Shown one piece after another: positions 59,653 to 64,000 of a stretch of DNA of 64,000 bases. The translations under genes were made by a program, and so were the position numbers. The notes under the pieces were generated by a model. The model saw nothing but the letters and a program-made list of their open reading frames with translations, did no database searches and had not been told where the DNA came from. Numbering within the stretch: the stretch's first letter is position 1; each line of letters begins with the position of its first letter. This DNA is from Anaerolineae bacterium (GTDB lineage: Bacteria; Chloroflexota; Anaerolineae; S140-20): assembly GCA_027021705.1 (NCBI GenBank), contig JALUTT010000099.1:44974-108973 (forward strand), read 5' to 3'.

Positions 59653-62600
59653 ATGATCAACCATACGGGTCTCTCGTTCGGCTCTTCCTCCGATCCCTCC
59701 ACACTGGTTGATCTGCTCCGCCGGAGGGCGCGCCACCAGCCCGACCTCCGGGTTTACACCTTTCTGACAGATGGGGAAACGGAAGAAGCGCACCTCACTG
59801 TCGAGCAGTTGGACCGCCGGGCACGGGCTATCGGGGCGTTGCTGCAGGAGATGAGCGCGGCCGGAGAGCGGGCCCTGCTGCTCTACCCGCCGGGGCTGGA
59901 GTACATCGCCGGCTTCTTCGGCTGCCTCTACGCCGGTGTCATCGCCGTCCCGGCCTACCCGCCTGACCCGGCCCGGCTCAACCGCACCCTTCCCCGCCTC
60001 CAGGCCCTGATCGCCGATGCCCGGGCGACCGTCGCCCTCACCACAACGCCGATCCTGACGATGGCCCAGTTCCTCTTCGACCAGGCCCCTGATCTGAAGG
60101 CGCTCCAATGGATCGCCACCGACAGCCTGGAGGAGGGGCTGACAGACCGATGGCAGGAGCCGGACGTGGACCGCGACACACTGGCCTTCCTCCAATACAC
60201 CTCCGGCTCCACGCGCACGCCCCGGGGGGTGATGCTCACCCACGACAACCTGCTGCACAACTCGATCCTGATCACCCGCGCTATGGGGATCACCCCCGAG
60301 GACATCGTCGTCTCCTGGCTCCCCCCCTACCACGACATGGGCCTCATCGGGGCGATCCTGCAGCCCCTCTACATCGGGATCCCCTGTGTCCTGATGTCAC
60401 CCCTTGCCTTTTTGCAGCGCCCCTTCCGGTGGCTGAAGGCCATCTCCCGCTACCGGGCCACCGTCAGCGGTGGACCGAACTTCGCCTACGACCTCTGTGT
60501 CCGCAAGGTCACCCCGGAGCAGCGGGCCGGTCTTGATCTCAGCAGTTGGACCCTGGCCTTCAACGGCGCGGAGCCCGTCCGCTGGCAGACGCTGAAGCAG
60601 TTCGCCGAGACCTTTGAATCCTGCGGCTTTCGGTGGCGGACCTTCTATCCGTGCTATGGGCTTGCCGAAGCGACGCTTATGGTTTCGGGGGGTCGAAGGG
60701 TTGACCCCCCGGTCTTCTGCACAGTCCGCAAGGACGCCCTCGAGCGAGACCAGGTGGTGGAGGTCTCCGACGACGGCGAGGAGAGCCAGACCCTCGTCGG
60801 CAGCGGCCAGCCCGGCGAGGGCCATCAGGTCGTCATCGTGGACCCGCAATCCCTAACCCGGTGCCCGCCGGACCGGATCGGCGAGGTCTGGGTCGCCGGC
60901 CCCAGCGTGGCCCAAGGGTACTGGAACCAGCCCGAGGAGACGGAGCAGACCTTCCGCGCCTACCTGGCGGACACGGGCGAGGGGCCTTTCCTGCGCACGG
61001 GCGATCTGGGCTTCCTGAAAGATGGCGAACTCTTCATCACGGGACGGCTCAAGGACCTGATCATCATCCGGGGGCGCAACCACTACCCCCAGGACATCGA
61101 GCTCACCGTGGAGCAGAGCCATCCGGCCCTCCGTCGGGGCTGTGGAGCCGCTTTCTCGGTGGAAGTGTCCGGCGAAGAGCGGCTGGTCGTCGTCCAGGAG
61201 GTCTACACCCACAAGCCGTGGGACTGGAATGAGGTGGCGGCGACCATCCGCCGGGCAGTGGCCGAGGCCCACCAGGTCCAGGTCTACGCCGTCGTCTTCA
61301 TCGAGCCCCGCACCATTCCCAAGACCTCCAGCGGCAAGATCCAGCGACGAGCCTGCCGGACGATGTACCTCTCCGGCACCCTGGACGTGGTGGCGACCAG
61401 CGTGCTGGACGAAGCGCCGCCTCGGACAGAGCCGGCGCCGGCCGAGGAGCGCCCGCCGGAGAGCCTGCTGGTCAAAGCGCTCCGAGCGATGGCGCCGGAA
61501 CAGCGCCAGGCCCTGCTGGAGTCCCACCTGCAGGAGCAGGTGGCCCGAGTGCTCCGGCTCTCCCCCTCCCAGGTGGACCCCCAACAGCCCCTCGCCAACC
61601 TGGGCCTCGACTCGGTGATGGTCGTGGACCTGGCGGGCGAGCTGGAGTCCAGCCTGGGGGTGACCCTCGACCTGGGAATGCTGTTCCAGGAGATCACCCT
61701 CTCCCAACTGGCCTCCCTGGTGCTGACCGAACTGACCGCGCCTTCCGCGCCGCCACCGCTCCCCTCGGCACCGGCCCCGGAGATCGTCGCCGAATACCCC
61801 CTCTCCTACGGTCAGCGGGCCCTCTGGTTCCTCCAGCAGGTGGCCCCCCAGAGCGCGGCCTACAACCTGGTGCACGCCGCACGGGTGCCCACACCGCTGG
61901 ACGTTCCTGCGCTTCGGCGGGCCTTCCAGCGGCTGATGGACCGCCACCCCGCCCTGCGGACCACCTTCACCACCCTCAACGGGGAGCCGGTCCAGCGGGT
62001 CCACGAGCGGATGGACCTCTCCTTCCAGGTCGAGGACGCCTCCGCCTGGAGCGAGGCCCGTCTGCAGGCCCGGCTGGCCGAGGAGGTCTACCGCCCCTTC
62101 GACCTGGAGCGGGGGCCGCTGATGCGGGTGCTCCTCTTCACCCGCGCTCCCGACGATCACATCTTGCTCCTGGCGATGCACCACATCGTCACCGACCTCT
62201 GGTCCCTGGCCATCTTCCTGCACGAACTGGGAGCCTTGTACACGGAGGAGCGGAGCGGTCGTCCGGCCTCGCTGAAGCCGCTGCGGGCCCAGTACGCCGA
62301 TCACGTGCGCTGGCAGGCCGAGATGCTCTCCGGCCCGGAGGGAGAGCGATTGTGGGCCTTCTGGCGGGAAGCTCTGGCGGGCGACCTGCCGGCGCTGGAC
62401 CTGCCCACCGATCGGCCTCGACCCCCGGTTCAGACCGATCGGGGTGCCGCCCGGACCCTCCGGCTGAGCGCCGAACTGACCCAGGGGCTCCGGTCGCTGG
62501 CCCAAGCCCACGGGGCCTCCCTCCACACCATCCTGCTGGCTGCCTTCCAGGTGCTGCTCCACCGCTACACTGGCCAGGACGAGATCCTGGTCGGCTCCCT

Positions 62601-64000
62601 GAAGGCGGGCCGGAGCTGGAAGATGGCCCGCGTCATCGGCTACTTCGTCAACCCGGTGGTCGTGCGGGCCAATCTGTCCGGCAACCCCACCTTCACCGCC
62701 TTCCTCGAGCAGGCCCACCGGACCACCTTGGCGGCCTTCGAGCACGGGGATTTCCCCTTCCCCCTGCTGGTCGAGCGGCTGCAACCGATGCGGGATCTGA
62801 GCCAATCCCCTCTCTTCCAGGTGCTGTTCGCCTGGCAGAAGACGACGCGCCTGCTCGACAGCCGAAACATCACCGCCTTCGCCGTGGGAGAATCAGGGAA
62901 GCGGCTGGAGCTGGGCGACCTGGTGCTGGAGTCCCTCCCCCTGGAGCACCGGGTCTCCCCCTTCGACCTGACGCTGCTGATGGCTGAGGCCGACGAGGAA
63001 CTGGTGGCGACCATCGAGTACAACAGGGACCTCTTCGACGGGGCGACCATCGGGCGGATGCTGGGCCACTACCGCACCCTGCTGGAGGCCATCGTCGCCG
63101 ACCCCGACCGCCCCATCGCCCATCTCCCCCTCCTGACGGAGGCCGAGCGCCACCAGATGCTGGTCCAATGGAACGACACCGCCGTTGAGGTTCCCCTCGA
63201 CCAACCCGTCCACCGCCTCTTCGAGGCCCAGGTCGAGCGCACCCCTGACGCCGTCGCCCTCACCTTCCAGGACACCCATCTCACCTACCGGGAGCTCAAC
63301 CGCCGGGCCAACCAACTGGCCCACCACCTTCAGAAGCTGGGCGTCGGCCCCGACACCCCCGTCGCCCTCTGCCTGGAGCGCTCCCCTGAGATGGTCATCG
63401 GCCTTCTGGGCGTCCTCAAGGCCGGCGGCGCCTACCTCCCCCTCGACCCCACCTACCCCCCGGAACGGCTGGCCTTTATGCTCCGGGACGCCGGCGTCGC
63501 CATCCTGCTGGTGGACAGCCGGGGCGCTGAGGCGATGGCGGCAATGAGGGATGAGGCGGACGAGGCACCGAGGACTGAGGCACCGAGGACTGAGGCGGAC
63601 AAGGAACCAAGGGATGAGGCACCGAGGGCCGAAAAAGGGCACCCTCATCACGCCTCACGCCTCACGCCTCACGCTTCACGCTTCACGCCTCACGCTTCAC
63701 GCTTCACGCCTCACGCCTCACGCCTCACGCTTCACGCCTCACGCTTCACGCTTCACGCCTCACGCATCACGCCTCACGCTTCACGCATCACCCTCCACCT
63801 CGACGACTGGTCCACCTTCGCCGGCGAGCCGGACTCCAACCCGAACACCCCCCTCTCCCCCGACCACCTCGCCTACATCATCTACACCTCCGGCTCCACC
63901 GGCACTCCCAAGGGCGTCCTGCTCCACCATCGCGGCCTCGTCAACCTCGTCCTCGCCCAGGTCCGCGCCTTCCGCGTCCTCCCCTCCTCCCGCGTCCTTC
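59653..64000 (+). CDS. Lipopeptide NRPS, FAAL-ACP-C-A (runs off window; absent from the ORF track because it has no stop)
   Basis: Manual translation: TLVDLL..RA, FLQYTSGST..PRG, WLPPYHDMGLIG, CYGLAEAT, PKTSSGK; ACP LGLDS about 61600; C domain LSYGQRALW, HHIVTD; A domain LTYRELN, YIIYTSGSTGTPKG. Confidence 0.95.
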   Translation, partial: MINHTGLSFGSSSDPSTLVDLLRRRARHQPDLRVYTFLTDGETEEAHLTVEQLDRRARAIGALLQEMSAAGERALLLYPPGLEYIAGFFGCLYAGVIAVPAYPPDPARLNRTLPRLQALIADARATVALTTTPILTMAQFLFDQAPDLKALQWIATDSLEEGLTDRWQEPDVDRDTLAFLQYTSGSTRTPRGVMLTHDNLLHNSILITRAMGITPEDIVVSWLPPYHDMGLIGAILQPLYIGIPCVLMSPLAFLQRPFRWLKAISRYRATVSGGPNFAYDLCVRKVTPEQRAGLDLSSWTLAFNGAEPVRWQTLKQFAETFESCGFRWRTFYPCYGLAEATLMVSGGRRVDPPVFCTVRKDALERDQVVEVSDDGEESQTLVGSGQPGEGHQVVIVDPQSLTRCPPDRIGEVWVAGPSVAQGYWNQPEETEQTFRAYLADTGEGPFLRTGDLGFLKDGELFITGRLKDLIIIRGRNHYPQDIELTVEQSHPALRRGCGAAFSVEVSGEERLVVVQEVYTHKPWDWNEVAATIRRAVAEAHQVQVYAVVFIEPRTIPKTSSGKIQRRACRTMYLSGTLDVVATSVLDEAPPRTEPAPAEERPPESLLVKALRAMAPEQRQALLESHLQEQVARVLRLSPSQVDPQQPLANLGLDSVMVVDLAGELESSLGVTLDLGMLFQEITLSQLASLVLTELTAPSAPPPLPSAPAPEIVAEYPLSYGQRALWFLQQVAPQSAAYNLVHAARVPTPLDVPALRRAFQRLMDRHPALRTTFTTLNGEPVQRVHERMDLSFQVEDASAWSEARLQARLAEEVYRPFDLERGPLMRVLLFTRAPDDHILLLAMHHIVTDLWSLAIFLHELGALYTEERSGRPASLKPLRAQYADHVRWQAEMLSGPEGERLWAFWREALAGDLPALDLPTDRPRPPVQTDRGAARTLRLSAELTQGLRSLAQAHGASLHTILLAAFQVLLHRYTGQDEILVGSLKAGRSWKMARVIGYFVNPVVVRANLSGNPTFTAFLEQAHRTTLAAFEHGDFPFPLLVERLQPMRDLSQSPLFQVLFAWQKTTRLLDSRNITAFAVGESGKRLELGDLVLESLPLEHRVSPFDLTLLMAEADEELVATIEYNRDLFDGATIGRMLGHYRTLLEAIVADPDRPIAHLPLLTEAERHQMLVQWNDTAVEVPLDQPVHRLFEAQVERTPDAVALTFQDTHLTYRELNRRANQLAHHLQKLGVGPDTPVALCLERSPEMVIGLLGVLKAGGAYLPLDPTYPPERLAFMLRDAGVAILLVDSRGAEAMAAMRDEADEAPRTEAPRTEADKEPRDEAPRAEKGHPHHASRLTPHASRFTPHASRFTPHASRLTLHASRFTLHASRITPHASRITLHLDDWSTFAGEPDSNPNTPLSPDHLAYIIYTSGSTGTPKGVLLHHRGLVNLVLAQVRAFRVLPSSRVL
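63648..63794 (+). repeat. 21 x TCACGC(C/T/A) heptamer, in frame within the NRPS A domain
   Basis: 20 clean units plus 1 degenerate unit (147 bp) encoding (HASR[L/F/I]T[P/L])n. Confidence 0.95.

Noticed and set aside
59500..63651. Long minus-strand ORFs (e.g. 60853-62805)
   Set aside because: Antisense shadows of the NRPS caused by high GC3; the same applies to 26154-28223, 19755-21926, 10874-12682, 3544-5382 and 41522-43867 (off-frame)

Overview
High-GC bacterial chromosomal window, most likely Chloroflexota (Anaerolineae-like). This is an inference from the C-terminal 'YLPLV/YLPVV' tails on secreted proteins, the sortase, the MalT-type regulator and the abundant 7/8-mer repeats. In order it holds: a sphingosine-1-phosphate-lyase-like gene coupled to a GPH/MFS transporter; two large secreted Ig/propeller proteins; an SMR/PNPOx/MalT-like trio; a minus-strand glycosylation cluster interrupted by an orphan DNA methyltransferase, a nucleotidyltransferase and an inverted Phd-antitoxin + retropepsin pair; an ArsR-thioredoxin-FeS-FmdE-TSUP operon; a glmS-led surface-polysaccharide operon; a 7 x 124 bp tandem array; a broken FGE-sulfatase (C-type lectin fold) gene that looks like a DGR target; a thiol-redox/CcdA cluster between two two-component systems; a sortase; tRNA-Val(CAC); tlyA; GAF kinases and an adenylate cyclase; and the start of a FAAL-ACP-C-A lipopeptide NRPS. 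The best candidate for an undescribed system is an HPr-kinase-like P-loop kinase fused to a divergent RtcB-fold guanylyltransferase/ligase, sitting between a GT2 and a Wzx flippase. The NRPS A domain also carries an in-frame 21 x 7 bp repeat. All calls come from reading motifs by eye; no database searches were run.
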